Source of the DNA: Paramoeba atlantica
Lineage: Eukaryota > Protista > Discosea
DNA length: 64,000 nt
Assembly (NCBI GenBank): GCA_977017575.1
Contig: CDRNVI010000019.1
Coordinates: 434,001 to 498,000 of the forward strand
Direction: 5' to 3'
Positions 41,791-53,582 of this stretch are shown here, piece after piece. Under the pieces are notes generated by a model, which saw only the letters and a program-made list of their open reading frames with translations, was not told where the DNA came from and did not search any database. Numbering within the stretch: the stretch's first letter is position 1; the number at the start of each line of letters is the position of its first letter. Both the position numbers and the translations under genes were made by a program.

Positions 41791-42420
41791 TTTTGTGGCC
41801 TACGTTCAGCATTCAGAGGAAATTCCAGTGTTCCGAATGCATGTTTCTGAATACTATCGCACCCTAGGTCGCACAGCTCACGTGAGGAAGTATTTAAGAA
41901 ACTCATGGAACACGATATTTATAGGTAGTTATAGTATTTTGGAGCTCAATGAGTTCTCATAGTTTAGAATTATTAGTCAAATGTATATTATGGTAAAAAA
42001 AAGAACAAGAAGCTTTTTTAGAAGACCTAAAAATCTATGAGATTCAAATTGCGCTTTGAAGTACATACAACATTATAGCACATGTACGATACAGGGAAAA
42101 CAAGTGGTTCATACAAACTCACTCGAATTACCCCTGGTTAACAAGTTTAATTCGGGGCCTTTCATAGCGTACTTGTTTCAAGTAGGTGCAATTTCTGGAA
42201 TTCTAATTTTTCTATTCTAATCTATCTATGAAACATTATTCACATTGTTTATTAAACAGGCAGGAAGTTACTAGGAGTTACTAGTCCATGCCACATTTAA
42301 AGTGCATTGAATCTATGAGAAAGGTGAAATGCAAAGAGTCTGCGTGAAAAAGGTGAAAATTTCACTTTTCAGAAAAGTGATACATTTTTATGTTTGAGTA
42401 CGTGTAAATATCTAAATCTT

Positions 42421-42783
42421 TCACGTTCCCCTCCCTGTAAGTCTAGCCCAATTACTTACCGGAGTAACGTGATAAGTAGAATTCAGACGGCGGTTCATTG
42501 CGAATGACATGTAAGCGCACGCAGATCCCAGGATTGCCAGCCAGCCTCCTGCAACTGTGATTAGAGTCAAGAGTATGGCACTCGTACTAGGATAAAATTG
42601 AATATATTTCATGATTTCTGTATGACTTGGAAACGTAGATTCTCGTCTCGAATTCGTTAAGCCCCGCGTCGGGAATGTGTATTCGGCACCTAAGCTGATA
42701 TAATAGAATGTTGCGCTGCTGTATCCGCCCATAAAAGCAAAGCAGTACTCTCGTGCACGACGCAATGTTACAGCACAAAGCAT
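42421..42783 (-). CDS. Small hypothetical protein with a hydrophobic segment
   Basis: 120 aa on the gene strand; ATG preceded by TAG-G; ILLTLITVAGGWLAILG. No family recognised. Confidence 0.4.
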   Translation of the reverse strand: MLCAVTLRRAREYCFAFMGGYSSATFYYISLGAEYTFPTRGLTNSRRESTFPSHTEIMKYIQFYPSTSAILLTLITVAGGWLAILGSACAYMSFAMNRRLNSTYHVTPVSNWARLTGRGT

Positions 42784-43371
42784 CCTACGGTACCTTAGTT
42801 TCTACCTATTCTATATCGACTCATGCGGAGTACCACCTCTAATATTCGGAAAACATGCAAAAAAATATTCAAGATCCTCTTTTTATACTAAAACGTGTTC
42901 GTAGGCTTAAACGGTGGCTAATGTAAAGAGATGTGAATTCTCTCATATGAATAATCTTACATGAAGTCATTTATACTTCAGAACTCCATATGAGAGAGCG
43001 TCGTCAAAAGACAATAAATACATCAATGCATGCTGATTAAACGAGTGAAATGCAGATACATTAAGTGAAAACGCATGTACTTCGCCTGAATGTTCCGGAA
43101 GCGTAAAATGAATCGAACTTTGACCACTTTCTGATTTCAACGTACAGCTACTGTACGAAACGCAATATGACGTATCTCGTTCAAAAGAATGCAGTTCTTA
43201 ATTACCGGGTGAGTATTTTTCCTTTTCTTAGTTTCCAACTATGCAGAACTTAATAGGGGAAAATAACAGAACCGCAAGAATAAAATACTAGTATATTTAT
43301 AACACACTTGAACATAACTGTGCATAGTAGGAATCAACAAACGGTGGAAGCCGCGCATCAATGGGTTTTCT

Positions 43372-46300
43372 TCAGGCATCCAAATTTCCCCGATCGCGTG
43401 AGGTGCTGCGGCTTTTTTGTCGGCCTTCGGATTGGCTAGAACCAATGACAGTAAGATTTTCAGCAGAACGCTTGGAAGTCAAACTTTTCTCATCCGTGGA
43501 TACTTGTCGGTACGAATCATGCGTCTTGCGCAAAACAGGCCTTTGAGATCTGCCCCGTAGATCAACTCTAAAGTTGGATCCTAAGTGACTCCACATGGTC
43601 CGGAGTGCTGCATGACATTTGTGAATTTCATCTCGACACCACAAATGGTCACTCCTTTCCTGCTGCAAGTCGAGTGTTATGCCTTTACGAAAGTTCACTG
43701 CATCAGTTTTCATATTTGTAGCTTTCGTTCGTAAAAGCTCATACTTCTTTTCCCATTTTTCGCAATTTGACGTGTGCACCTTAAGTATATCTTCAAAGTT
43801 TTTCTTCGAACATTCGAATGCATCTCGCTCAGCACGATATTTGGAAAGGATTGCTTCTTTGTCATCAAGCAGTTGCTTGAAGTCATTCTTCAGTCTCTCA
43901 TACTTCTCTTGTGTGGCATGTTTTTCCTGTGTTCCGGGAGAAGGTGTTTCAGACTGTTCGTTTTGTTTCTTAATATCGTGTAACTTCTCGCGCAGAGCTT
44001 TGTTCTCTTCCTCCGTATCATGAAGATTTATTTTTAGTGATTCGATTCTCGCTTCCAACTTCGAACTTGCGGATTGTGCGCCATGTAGGGCTTTCTGGTT
44101 AATAAGATGGTTTTCATGCTCTTCTTGTACCTCCCTATGGATATTTTTCATATCGATTCTCAGACGTTCGCATTCCTCATGGAAGTACAGCTTTTGAGAC
44201 TCAAGTTCCTTTCGTTCCGCTTCTTGTTGTTGGCACTTTTCGTCCATCACACTCAGTTCCTCTTGTAACGATGTAAGTTTTGTTAAGGTTATATTTTCGA
44301 CAGATCGGTAGCTTAACTCACGCTTCTCTACTTCTTCCTCTAAATTCTTCAATTGCGACAAAAGCGCATTTCGGGATAGACGCTCCGATTCGTACTGGCT
44401 ATTTACGTCACTAAGAGTATTCTGTAGGCTATGAACAAGTCTTTTTTGCGCTTCCGAAGACGAGAAATACTCCGAGGCCTGATTGTTGAGGGCGGAAGTG
44501 CCCTCGTTTTTGGTTGCCTCAATTTGTTCTAAAAGTAGACGCACTTCCCCTCTCAATTCTTGTATTCTGCTTTCAAGATCATGATTTTCCGAGACATGTT
44601 CTTGTAAATGATCCTCTAAGAGAGCGCGTTCTGATTTTATCGCCTCAATCATCGTTCGTGCTTCATGCAATGCCACGTTGTGCTCATCGTTCGTCTTTTC
44701 AAGACTGTCGTTCTTCTGCACTAGACGCTCTACTTCGCTCCGATACTCAAAAGTCGTGTTTTCAGCTCTCTCTTGCAGATGAAGATTCTCTTCTTCCACA
44801 GAAATGAGTTTTCGCTTTAGATCTTCTGAAATCGACGTCACGTTGCGAATTTCATTGCGCGATGCATTCACCTGTTCTTCTAGCTCCCCTATTCGTGATT
44901 CGTATTGATCTTTGGAAGAAGCTTGCAGTTCCTGAGTGTGAATCTGTTCTCTTGTGAATCGCTCCAAGTCGTTTTCTTTCCTCAAAAGGTCTTGGCGCAA
45001 GTTATCGTTAATTCTTTGTTCTTCAGAGTATCTGTCTTTCAATGCATCAAGTTGTGAAATATGTGTCTCATGCGCCGTGCCTAGTTTCCCGCTGTGTAAG
45101 CGTTCATTGTGCAACTCAGTTGTCATTGTTTGAATGCGGGCCAAATGCTCTTGTACAGTGTCTCTGAGATCAGCGATTGTTTCTTGTGCATCGCGTTTTT
45201 CCTTGCCGAGCTCCAAACTTAGATGGCTCAAATCAATTTTTGACTGATTCAGAGAGGCCAAAGCATCTAGTAGTTGTCCATGCAAGTCTTCTTTTGCAGA
45301 AAGGTTTTCTTCGTTCGATTGCAGCAATGATTGTTCACATTGTTCCAATTTCACCTCGATAAGGGATTTGTCTTTCATGGTGGCTTCAAGTCTTACTCTC
45401 AGATCATCATTTTCCGTGGCAAGAGTTTGCAATTGCGTCTTCAAGGATGAATTGGACTTTTCTGATTCTGTCAATTGTTTTCCGCGAATTTCCGAACTTG
45501 ACAGTAAAGACTCGTGCACGACTTGCAATTTTGTCAACGCTTCATTCTTTGCGTGTAGTTCCTCTCGGCCCTTCCCAAGTTCATCTTGAATTGTTTGAAA
45601 GGCAAGCGTTTCCTGCTGGAGATCCCTGCGCGTTGCTTCTAAATCAGCAGTTAGCCCATTTTTTTCTTCTCTCCACGCTCTGCTGAATTGAACATGTTCA
45701 TCGCGCTCCCCTTGCAGAACAACTTGCGTCTCTGATAATTCAGTTATCGTTCGCTCCAGTTGCTCTTGCGAATTTTCTAAATAATTTCGTGTATTCGTGT
45801 GTTCCTTCTGTTCTCTCTGAAGCATTCTCTGAGTTTCGCGCATGTCAACTTCCAATTTGGAGAGTGTTTCAGAGAGATCCTCAATCCGTAGAGTAAAATC
45901 GTTAATTTCTTGTTTAGCAAGACTCGCTTCCTGCTCTCTCCGTCCCTCAAGAAGGTGTAGCTGATGTTCCAGGTCTTCTATCTGCGACTTCAGAGAGTTG
46001 TTTTCACTGTTTTGCTCACATAACTTGTCGTATTGAGATTGATTACTAAGTTTGTATTTGGCCGTCTGTTCCTCCACGCTCCACCTTAATCTAATTTGTT
46101 TGTCAAGATCACTGCGCAATTTTCCAAGTTTCACTTCCATATCATTTATAGTTTGCGTGCGCTCCGTGACGAGAGTCTCAGAGTCAGTTAAACTCATCTT
46201 CAGTTTATCGTGTTCGTGCTGTAGATTGTGTAGTGATTCAGAAAGGCGTTGTGCTTCTTCAGCAGATTCTTGAATGTGTCGTTTATCTTTTTGAAGCTCG

Positions 46301-47364
46301 GTTTCACGTTCTTTCAGCTGTTTTCTGGCTGAATCAAGCGTCGACTGTGTTTTAATTCGTTCATCCTTCTCGTTGATCACATTTTCATGCGAGGATTCTA
46401 ATAGAAGTGTTAGTCTGGATATTTCTTCACTGAGCTCTTTCATTCGTGACTCGTTCTCACGTGAATTCTTTTCAAGTCGATCATGCTCCTCCTCTAGATG
46501 CTGATGAAGTGCGGCATTCACATGTTTGAGCTCAGCGAGCCTCTGTCTTTCTTGTTCTAGTGTCTCCTTCCATTTTCCAATAGCCTGATTCGCTTTGTCT
46601 TTGTCAATATGATGACGTTCCGCGATTTCTGATCTTTCCCGCTGGGCGGAGTCTCGCTCGGAGGTAAGTTTTTCAACAATTCTTTCAAGTTGTCTTTCCC
46701 GCACTCGCGCGCGCTTCTCTTCATCTTGATGATTTCGATTTTCTTCCGCCCTCAAAGACCTTAGATCTTGCACATGTTGAACATTAATTTCACGAAGTTC
46801 TTGATTCTTTGACGTAAGCCGCTCCACTTCGCGCTCAAGTCTATTCTTCTCCTTTTCCAATCTTTGGACATTCCGGGATGAGGGAGCTGTGTTTAGAGAA
46901 TGCTCTCCTATTCCACCACTCGACGTGTCACCGAGCGTACGTACACTACGTATCCGTTCGTTAAGCATCGTGTCCGCTAAAGTCGGACGGCCTTGAAGTG
47001 AAACCGAAAAATGGTGCTGTACAACTTGATCAGAATCTGTTTCTTGCAGATGATTGGCCTTAGGCTGTGCATTGCTCGCCAGATTATCTGACGCTTTACT
47101 AGGTGATGCCATTACTTTTTTATCAGACAGAAATTCTGAGTCACTCCGTTGTATTTTTGCCCGCTTCAATGAAACTTGTGCTGATGGACTCGGCAAATGA
47201 GAACGCAATGGCTCCGATCTCAATAAAGTGTCGCTCTCTTGGCCGTTCTTCCCCAAAGCAGTCTTTGGTGGAGATGTCAGCTCCTTTCCTAGTTCGGGAG
47301 TGTGTAAAAAATCAGAGCCACGAAAGGGTGTGGCGGTAAGCTCGTGGTTTACGTTTAAATCCAT
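43372..47364 (-). CDS. Long coiled-coil protein
   Basis: 1330 aa, E/Q/K/L-rich heptad pattern after a low-complexity N-terminus. Confidence 0.85.
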   Translation of the reverse strand: MDLNVNHELTATPFRGSDFLHTPELGKELTSPPKTALGKNGQESDTLLRSEPLRSHLPSPSAQVSLKRAKIQRSDSEFLSDKKVMASPSKASDNLASNAQPKANHLQETDSDQVVQHHFSVSLQGRPTLADTMLNERIRSVRTLGDTSSGGIGEHSLNTAPSSRNVQRLEKEKNRLEREVERLTSKNQELREINVQHVQDLRSLRAEENRNHQDEEKRARVRERQLERIVEKLTSERDSAQRERSEIAERHHIDKDKANQAIGKWKETLEQERQRLAELKHVNAALHQHLEEEHDRLEKNSRENESRMKELSEEISRLTLLLESSHENVINEKDERIKTQSTLDSARKQLKERETELQKDKRHIQESAEEAQRLSESLHNLQHEHDKLKMSLTDSETLVTERTQTINDMEVKLGKLRSDLDKQIRLRWSVEEQTAKYKLSNQSQYDKLCEQNSENNSLKSQIEDLEHQLHLLEGRREQEASLAKQEINDFTLRIEDLSETLSKLEVDMRETQRMLQREQKEHTNTRNYLENSQEQLERTITELSETQVVLQGERDEHVQFSRAWREEKNGLTADLEATRRDLQQETLAFQTIQDELGKGREELHAKNEALTKLQVVHESLLSSSEIRGKQLTESEKSNSSLKTQLQTLATENDDLRVRLEATMKDKSLIEVKLEQCEQSLLQSNEENLSAKEDLHGQLLDALASLNQSKIDLSHLSLELGKEKRDAQETIADLRDTVQEHLARIQTMTTELHNERLHSGKLGTAHETHISQLDALKDRYSEEQRINDNLRQDLLRKENDLERFTREQIHTQELQASSKDQYESRIGELEEQVNASRNEIRNVTSISEDLKRKLISVEEENLHLQERAENTTFEYRSEVERLVQKNDSLEKTNDEHNVALHEARTMIEAIKSERALLEDHLQEHVSENHDLESRIQELRGEVRLLLEQIEATKNEGTSALNNQASEYFSSSEAQKRLVHSLQNTLSDVNSQYESERLSRNALLSQLKNLEEEVEKRELSYRSVENITLTKLTSLQEELSVMDEKCQQQEAERKELESQKLYFHEECERLRIDMKNIHREVQEEHENHLINQKALHGAQSASSKLEARIESLKINLHDTEEENKALREKLHDIKKQNEQSETPSPGTQEKHATQEKYERLKNDFKQLLDDKEAILSKYRAERDAFECSKKNFEDILKVHTSNCEKWEKKYELLRTKATNMKTDAVNFRKGITLDLQQERSDHLWCRDEIHKCHAALRTMWSHLGSNFRVDLRGRSQRPVLRKTHDSYRQVSTDEKSLTSKRSAENLTVIGSSQSEGRQKSRSTSRDRGNLDA

Positions 47365-47580
47365 GAGGTAGAGTTAAAAAAGAATATAGTGTTATAGGTA
47401 ATAGTAAATCAGTCTTCTGTTGCAGATTAGGACTAAAACTACGCTACCCTTTCTTCTCGTTTCCCTCCTCATGTTACGAAAGGAGTCAAACAATAGGGTG
47501 AAACAAAGGCTGAAAGTCTCATCTCCGTTCGGTACCGAGAAATTAACTTTCTCCATAAAAACTGTTATCCATAAAAACTG

Positions 47581-48186
47581 TTATATAGAATGCGCTCGCC
47601 AAAGTCCATCCCCCATAGTGTGAACAGTTTGAATCGCAATCCCCTTGCTGGATGACGTAATCTCATCTGTATCCATGCAAAGGACACCGATCGCCGCGGA
47701 GTGTTGCATGCCCTCAATATCGACCCGCACAAGCGAGCCTTTGATAACCCCGGGGGAAACGACTCCCCCTGGAGAGGTGAGGCCAGGGCACATCACATCA
47801 GCCCCGCCCAGGACGTGGACGCACCCGCCGGCGTCGCACTGCATGCGAGGCAGCAGTGTGGGGAAGCGATGGAGAAGCCGGAGATGCGGCCAGTACTTTC
47901 CATCAGAGTGCTGAAAGAACAGCACCTCGGATCGAGCCACCACAAGTGTTAAACGGTTCTGGCACTTTACGAGTCGAAACCCGCCGTTCTCTTTTGGGAG
48001 AATACGGAGTAGGTCCTCCTCGGAGAAACGAGGGTATTGTGTGAGAATCGCAGCCCGAACTCGTTTTTGTGTGGAGCTCTGCGTTCGGCCGGAATCCAGT
48101 ATGCAATTTGTGGTGAACTTACGGATAGCAATGGTTAAGGATTCGATAATGTGGTCCTCTTTCGTGGCTACAGCCTCCTCGTGCAT
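47581..48186 (-). CDS. MCTS1: MCT-1/Tma20 PUA-domain translation factor
   Basis: PHLRLLHRFP, DAGGCVHVLGGADVMCPGLTSPGG, KGIAIQTVH and GDGLW. Confidence 0.92.
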   Translation of the reverse strand: MHEEAVATKEDHIIESLTIAIRKFTTNCILDSGRTQSSTQKRVRAAILTQYPRFSEEDLLRILPKENGGFRLVKCQNRLTLVVARSEVLFFQHSDGKYWPHLRLLHRFPTLLPRMQCDAGGCVHVLGGADVMCPGLTSPGGVVSPGVIKGSLVRVDIEGMQHSAAIGVLCMDTDEITSSSKGIAIQTVHTMGDGLWRAHSI

Positions 48187-48764
48187 GTTTCCTATCTTTG
48201 TATACTAAAAAATCTCTGATATTTCTTTTAAAAGCACTATCCTAGAAACACTTGCGTATTTCATGCATATTCTTGATTTATTTTTATGGTTGATTCTTAT
48301 GATTCGCTCAGAATGCATGTGGTCCTAATATTTACTGTACCTGAAGTCTATTTGTGTATAGTCTTTGTAATATGCAGTAGAAATGTAGCTTAGAAAGCTT
48401 ATGAAGAATGTATCCAAACCAGATGGCTGGAATACAAAAACCGTGTTAGAAACGTGAAAATAAATCGAACTTCTATTAGCAAGATGGCAAGGATTATGTA
48501 AAAAAGGGAAATAACAAGACAAAACAGCAAACTGAAGTAAATTATTGAAATATACAGTATATCTTTACAGTAGAATTGTCTGTACAGTATAATTAATACA
48601 TATCTTTACGTTTTAATAGTATATCTTTACAGTAGAACTACTTTGTGAACTACTACAGTAGATCTACTTTGTGATGTGATGAATTTATGACTCTTCGATG
48701 CATGAATTTAAGTTTTAAGAACTTACAATCGAAAAACAGTTTGAATACAAACACATCCTACCAC

Positions 48765-49931
48765 CTACGGCAAGATTTGGAATGGGGGGAGATGTGCTGT
48801 CATGTGCTCTTCGGAACCAACATAGACATCACGAATAGATTTATTAAGGTTAACAAGCTCAGTGTCCCAACCAATCAAAGTTTCGTTATATGATAGCGCT
48901 ACGTCTTTTGATCGTGCCTTGGAGTTTTCATCCGTCGTTTTCTCACATTCACTTCTGACCACCAGCAGCATGTGCTCCCCGTGCCCCGTGGCCCGAAGGT
49001 CGTCAAACACACAATATTTTTGATCTTCCGACATTCTTTTGACCGTAGTACCGCGCAAGGAGCTGGAAATGGGTCGGGCAAGAAAAATACGAACCCAAGA
49101 TTCCTTTCCCCGCACAGGCGCACCAAACACATCTTCCACCCATATGCGAATGTGAGAAATATGCCGAGGTTCTGGAGCAGAGGTACACGTCAGCCACTCC
49201 GCCCGCAGGCGACAGGGAAGAACGCCGCATCCGAAAGAGTTTCCAACTTTGGTCCGTTTAGACATAACCTCCTGAGGAAAGTAATCCCAGGGTTCGTAAG
49301 TGACCATTGTGCCTGTGGCGTTCAACCCTAATCCGATGAGCCCCCAGGAAGTTTTTGTCTCCTGTTCATTTAAATTGTGGAAAACAGTACCAGCGGATGA
49401 GAGTGTAGGTTTCCAATTTGAGTTCAGTGATAAATTCAGTAGTTGAAAAAGGTAGCTTTTGAAGTCGACGAAACGAACGCCTTCTCTCACTTTTCGGGCA
49501 TTGTGTGCAAAAATCGAAGAGAGAAACTTTGGGTTCAGCTCCGCCGGTGATGCGACGTCCTTACGAGAGGATACCTTTGCAATATCTTGACGCCGTATTA
49601 CAAGAAATATAAATGTGCTACATCCTTCAGCCACGAACAAATTCGGCACATCATTCGCGCCATTTGAATATTCTGCCGATAGTTCCTCCAACTTCCTTGA
49701 AGAGTTTGTCACACTCATATCTAAAAACTCGTTGATGGCATTCTGAATACCGTAAATAGTTGGTCCCTTTCCAGCGCTTTTCCCTCGTAGTGATAGCGAA
49801 AAACTTTTCCTAGATTTGCAGCTATGCTCCATCTTGTATGTGTGTACCTCAACAGACAGAGGCGAGCTGAGTTCGCACGATGCTGCTTCCGGGCTGGAAC
49901 AAGAATCTGATGCCTGCGAGACCGAGACCAT
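48765..49931 (-). CDS. Hypothetical protein
   Basis: 388-aa ORF on the gene strand; no family recognised. Confidence 0.65.
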   Translation of the reverse strand: MVSVSQASDSCSSPEAASCELSSPLSVEVHTYKMEHSCKSRKSFSLSLRGKSAGKGPTIYGIQNAINEFLDMSVTNSSRKLEELSAEYSNGANDVPNLFVAEGCSTFIFLVIRRQDIAKVSSRKDVASPAELNPKFLSSIFAHNARKVREGVRFVDFKSYLFQLLNLSLNSNWKPTLSSAGTVFHNLNEQETKTSWGLIGLGLNATGTMVTYEPWDYFPQEVMSKRTKVGNSFGCGVLPCRLRAEWLTCTSAPEPRHISHIRIWVEDVFGAPVRGKESWVRIFLARPISSSLRGTTVKRMSEDQKYCVFDDLRATGHGEHMLLVVRSECEKTTDENSKARSKDVALSYNETLIGWDTELVNLNKSIRDVYVGSEEHMTAHLPPFQILP

Positions 49932-50128
49932 GGAATAGTAGACGAGTAAAAGTGATTAAAACACCTACCCTTGGAATAGAAATTTCATTCTTTCCTTGAA
50001 AATACGAAAAAGAAAAAACGCATGGCTTTGTTATTGAGCACGATGCATGTACATTGTATAAAGCAAGCATAAAAACTACCGAGCTGTTTTAGTTTCGTCA
50101 CAACTAAAATGATCAAACGGGGGGAAAT

Positions 50129-50677
50129 CTATCCAGGTCGATGAAGTAGCTTCCTGGATATCAATTTAGTAGTATTCTCGCGATAACGTTTCTTTGCCTC
50201 TTTTGTTGGAAGGGGGGAGTTTCGTCTAATTTCGTTCTCTTCAGAAAGTAGTATTGCTCCGTCATTCTCCGAATAAATCGAATCTTCTGAATGGGAAGAA
50301 TCACGGTCCTTTTTTTTGTTTGAATCACTCAAAGAACTGTTTTCTGCACTTGTGCTAGCAGATGAAGTCGTGCTCCAAGTAGTATGCTCTGTCCGGCATT
50401 CACGCACCTCGTTGCTTAACACACTTTCTAGATATCCTGTCTCCTCCTGCGACTCATCATCGTCCGCTAGTAATCGATGAGATACGTGCAGACTTGCCAT
50501 TGGGATATCGGTCACGTCCCGCCCTTCGTTGTAGCTTATCGTAGGATACTTTCCACAATCTCCGAGAAACACACGACATTGCGAGCAAAGACCTTGTCTG
50601 TCACACAGCACATCGTTAATATCAGCACAGAGTAGACAACACATATTAGGGTCCGCAGGAATCAAATTCGGGGCCAT
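50129..50677 (-). CDS. Hypothetical protein with an N-terminal Cys cluster (possibly A20-like zinc finger)
   Basis: CCLLC...LCDRQGLCSQC followed by an S/E-rich tail. Confidence 0.5.
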   Translation of the reverse strand: MAPNLIPADPNMCCLLCADINDVLCDRQGLCSQCRVFLGDCGKYPTISYNEGRDVTDIPMASLHVSHRLLADDDESQEETGYLESVLSNEVRECRTEHTTWSTTSSASTSAENSSLSDSNKKKDRDSSHSEDSIYSENDGAILLSEENEIRRNSPLPTKEAKKRYRENTTKLISRKLLHRPG

Positions 50678-51049
50678 GTCGGAGAATAGTTCGGAATTGA
50701 TAGACGGAAAGCAAGTGGTTTGGGTCGGTCGTCAGCATTGCAAAACAAATCTGTTAAATTAATGTGTGCATCCTATAAAAGAAATAGTGAAGGAAAGAAA
50801 CGTTATGGGCTTAATAAAGAAACTGTGCTTTAAATTGAAAAACTTGTATCACGAATGATAATTTCCGACCTACGAATCACGTACAAAAACGTAGAAAATC
50901 GGGCGCACGCACTTGTTCCAACCTGAGATGTCCTAGAGATATCCTACCTGAGATGTCCTATTACTCAACCTACATTACATCCTACATGAGGAAATACAAG
51001 TGCAAGTCCACTATCACGCCAAACGCTGTGAGGACCGTGCTCCCTTCCT

Positions 51050-51445
51050 CTAGGATTCCACCATAGGAATCACTTCACCCCTGGACGCACATTCGAGTAT
51101 AAGACGTGAGGGTCGTGGCGGGGAGATCGTCGCACTGGTGACGAAGGCGTCCAGGGGAGGGTCAGGGGGTGCGTTGTGTTCACCGTCGAACCCTCCCTCG
51201 AGGTCTACCTCATCACAGGTCGGTCCGCCTACCATGGTGGTCAGCAGGGACCACGGCGAGTCGTGCTGGTCTCCCCAGCGAGAGCGACGTCGTACGCGGG
51301 CCTCCAAGTCCTCCGCATAGCCGGGGAGGCCCTCATCCTCGGAGGCAGAGTCCTCAGAGAATTGGGCAAGATCGACTCGATGATTTCGCGTTTGTGGGTT
51401 GAGGTCCTTATGGTGTGAAGCAGAAATATCTCCAGGAAAGGACAT
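51050..51445 (-). CDS. Small acidic hypothetical protein
   Basis: 131 aa, GC-rich; pyrimidine tract plus AG about 30 nt upstream of the ATG. Confidence 0.4.
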   Translation of the reverse strand: MSFPGDISASHHKDLNPQTRNHRVDLAQFSEDSASEDEGLPGYAEDLEARVRRRSRWGDQHDSPWSLLTTMVGGPTCDEVDLEGGFDGEHNAPPDPPLDAFVTSATISPPRPSRLILECASRGEVIPMVES

Positions 51446-51668
51446 GGAGAAGAATCAATGTGACAAAGGAAAATCTCTAGGAAAGATTGATAATGAGAAG
51501 GAAGGGAACTCACTATTTATCTTAAAATGAACGCTTTTTTAACATTTGGTCCTTTGTAGTGTATTCGTGATCTTATTGTACACGTAAAAGCAATAATAAA
51601 CACATGGGCATCGATCCGGTAGCTCTCCTCAGCTCCATGCCTCTTTTCCGAACCGTCCTAGCTCTCTG

Positions 51669-52730
51669 TTACCCAGCTGTCACATCTCCCGCCTCCGTCT
51701 GGGCATGGGGCTCGCTCATCCCGTGATACACCAGTGAGATCACCTCCGTGCTTGCCGTAGACTCACTCACCGGAGTTGCCTCCGATTCCATAAATGAAGA
51801 GCTGCGGTGCATTTTACCACTTGTCTTGGGCGACGAAGCCGAGGACGACGAAGACGACGAGGAGGACAAACTTTGCGACCCTGCTTGACTCGGGGACAGC
51901 GCCAACGTATTCGCGGTGTCCTCCCCGAGCCCAAACACCACCCCGGAGGTGTCTAGCGGAATGCGCCGCTCCCCGTCGCCCCCACACAGGTGAAAGAAAC
52001 ATTGCGCAGTAAGAAGACTGTCACTGCCGGCCTGGTGGGCTGGACCAATCCGACGAACCCCAATCTCCTCCGCGACATGGTCCAACCCCTTTGAGTACGG
52101 TACTTGGGCACTTTTCTTTAACACGTACTTAATATCATACAAAAACGGAAAGTACGCGTGGAGGAGCTCCAGGAACTCAATCTCCCTTTCCGGGAGATCC
52201 ACCCCGGAGAGGAGTTTGATCAAGTACCCAAAGTCGTACCCGCTGTGGAAACTCACCCAACTCACCTCCGGGCACAGCACAAGCCCGGAGGTGGTGAGGA
52301 GCTGTGCAAAGTGCGTGACGTCGACCCCTTCCCGCTCCAGACGATCGAAATTAATCCCACTGTTATGCAGCAAGTCTATCGAGTCCTGCGCGTAGACATC
52401 CGTGGATAAACAAAACCGAAAGTTGAACTGCCATGTACAGGGCCCGGAGGCCGGTGGGTCGCCGTTCTCATCGACGAGCGTAAGCCCGAGTTGGATCAGT
52501 TTTAGAAGATTTACGTTACACCGCAGGGTTTGGTAGTAGAACTCGTGAGTGGAAGCGAAATTACCAACAGGTCGGCCGACGATCCCGGGGAATTCCGTAT
52601 CCATGGCAACATAAGGACATGTTTCCACCGCACGCCGGATATTGGAGAACTCGGATTCGAGATTCGTGGCCCAGACATCCTTGATGACGCTGCTGCTGCT
52701 ACTGTAGGAGCTCCACTTACCGCCACTCAT
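51669..52730 (-). CDS. CAF1: CAF1/POP2 deadenylase
   Basis: VAMDTEFPG, YQTLRCNV.LL.LIQLG, WVSFHSGYDFGYL, YDIKY and HQAGSDSLLT. Confidence 0.97.
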   Translation of the reverse strand: MSGGKWSSYSSSSSVIKDVWATNLESEFSNIRRAVETCPYVAMDTEFPGIVGRPVGNFASTHEFYYQTLRCNVNLLKLIQLGLTLVDENGDPPASGPCTWQFNFRFCLSTDVYAQDSIDLLHNSGINFDRLEREGVDVTHFAQLLTTSGLVLCPEVSWVSFHSGYDFGYLIKLLSGVDLPEREIEFLELLHAYFPFLYDIKYVLKKSAQVPYSKGLDHVAEEIGVRRIGPAHQAGSDSLLTAQCFFHLCGGDGERRIPLDTSGVVFGLGEDTANTLALSPSQAGSQSLSSSSSSSSSASSPKTSGKMHRSSSFMESEATPVSESTASTEVISLVYHGMSEPHAQTEAGDVTAG

Positions 52731-53039
52731 AAAAGGAATGTTGATGTCAGTGCAAGCTTGATATGAAGTCTAAATTTCTGAAAAACAAATCATTAAGAAC
52801 GGGTACACGAAACAGAGTGCACTCGTTGGCAGTGTACAGGGGGGGTATTGTAAATTTGTAAATTATAAGGTAAATTATTGTAGGAGATGAAATTCATTTC
52901 AGAAAAACGGTTTTTTTGTGGAGACGCACCAAGCTACGAATCTGTGCGCACTACGAGTTACATGAACACATTTTGAACCGGAAATCAAGTCCTGCACTCA
53001 TATAGCCAAAAAGATTTTATGAAAAAGAAATCCTTGTTC

Positions 53040-53582
53040 TCACGTGTCAATTCTCCAATTTTGCAAACAACTTGTACATTGAAGCAAGAGTGAAAACCCT
53101 TCATCCGCACTTCGCATTTGGACGGCCCTGTACCAGCATATGCGTTGAGAGGCACAATTATCGCAGAATGCCTCCTGCGTGGGGAGCGAGGTTTCACTCT
53201 CCTCTGCAGAGACCCATTTAAGTCTTCGGGCTTCTGCGTAACGTGAAAATTGGCGAGCATTTGATGCAACGTCATTCGCTTTATTATCGTGATGTTCCGC
53301 TGTGGCCCTCAAAAACTGAGATCGCGTTTTCTCCTCACGATGCTGAAGCACCGCTTCATATTCCGCTACCCTTTCCTCTATGCTTAGCCATTTCCACTCA
53401 AGTTCACCCATTTCAAGTGACATGTCTTGTGCGGCGTCCTGTTGTGGTAGAACACAGTGCGGACAGGAAGCACCTTTCCTGTTTTCGTCGAACAGAGGCA
53501 ACAGACTCCGACATGTGGGACAGAATTTCATATTTTGTATTAATAACATTGAAAAGGAATCTCTATTTGCAGTATTGGTCAT
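53040..53582 (-). CDS. RPA12: RNA polymerase I subunit RPA12 (RPA12/RPC11 family); likely start 53531
   Basis: MKFCPTC...CPHC ribbon and CDNC...QMRSADEG...CTSC...W C-ribbon; SADEG favours RPA12 over RPC11. Confidence 0.75.
   Translation of the reverse strand: MTNTANRDSFSMLLIQNMKFCPTCRSLLPLFDENRKGASCPHCVLPQQDAAQDMSLEMGELEWKWLSIEERVAEYEAVLQHREEKTRSQFLRATAEHHDNKANDVASNARQFSRYAEARRLKWVSAEESETSLPTQEAFCDNCASQRICWYRAVQMRSADEGFSLLLQCTSCLQNWRIDT

Noticed and set aside
48545-48680. Short direct repeats (TATATCTTTACAGTAGAA; also 13610-13670 and 50920-50960) as regulatory arrays
   Set aside because: Only 2-3 copies with unrelated motifs; consistent with replication slippage.
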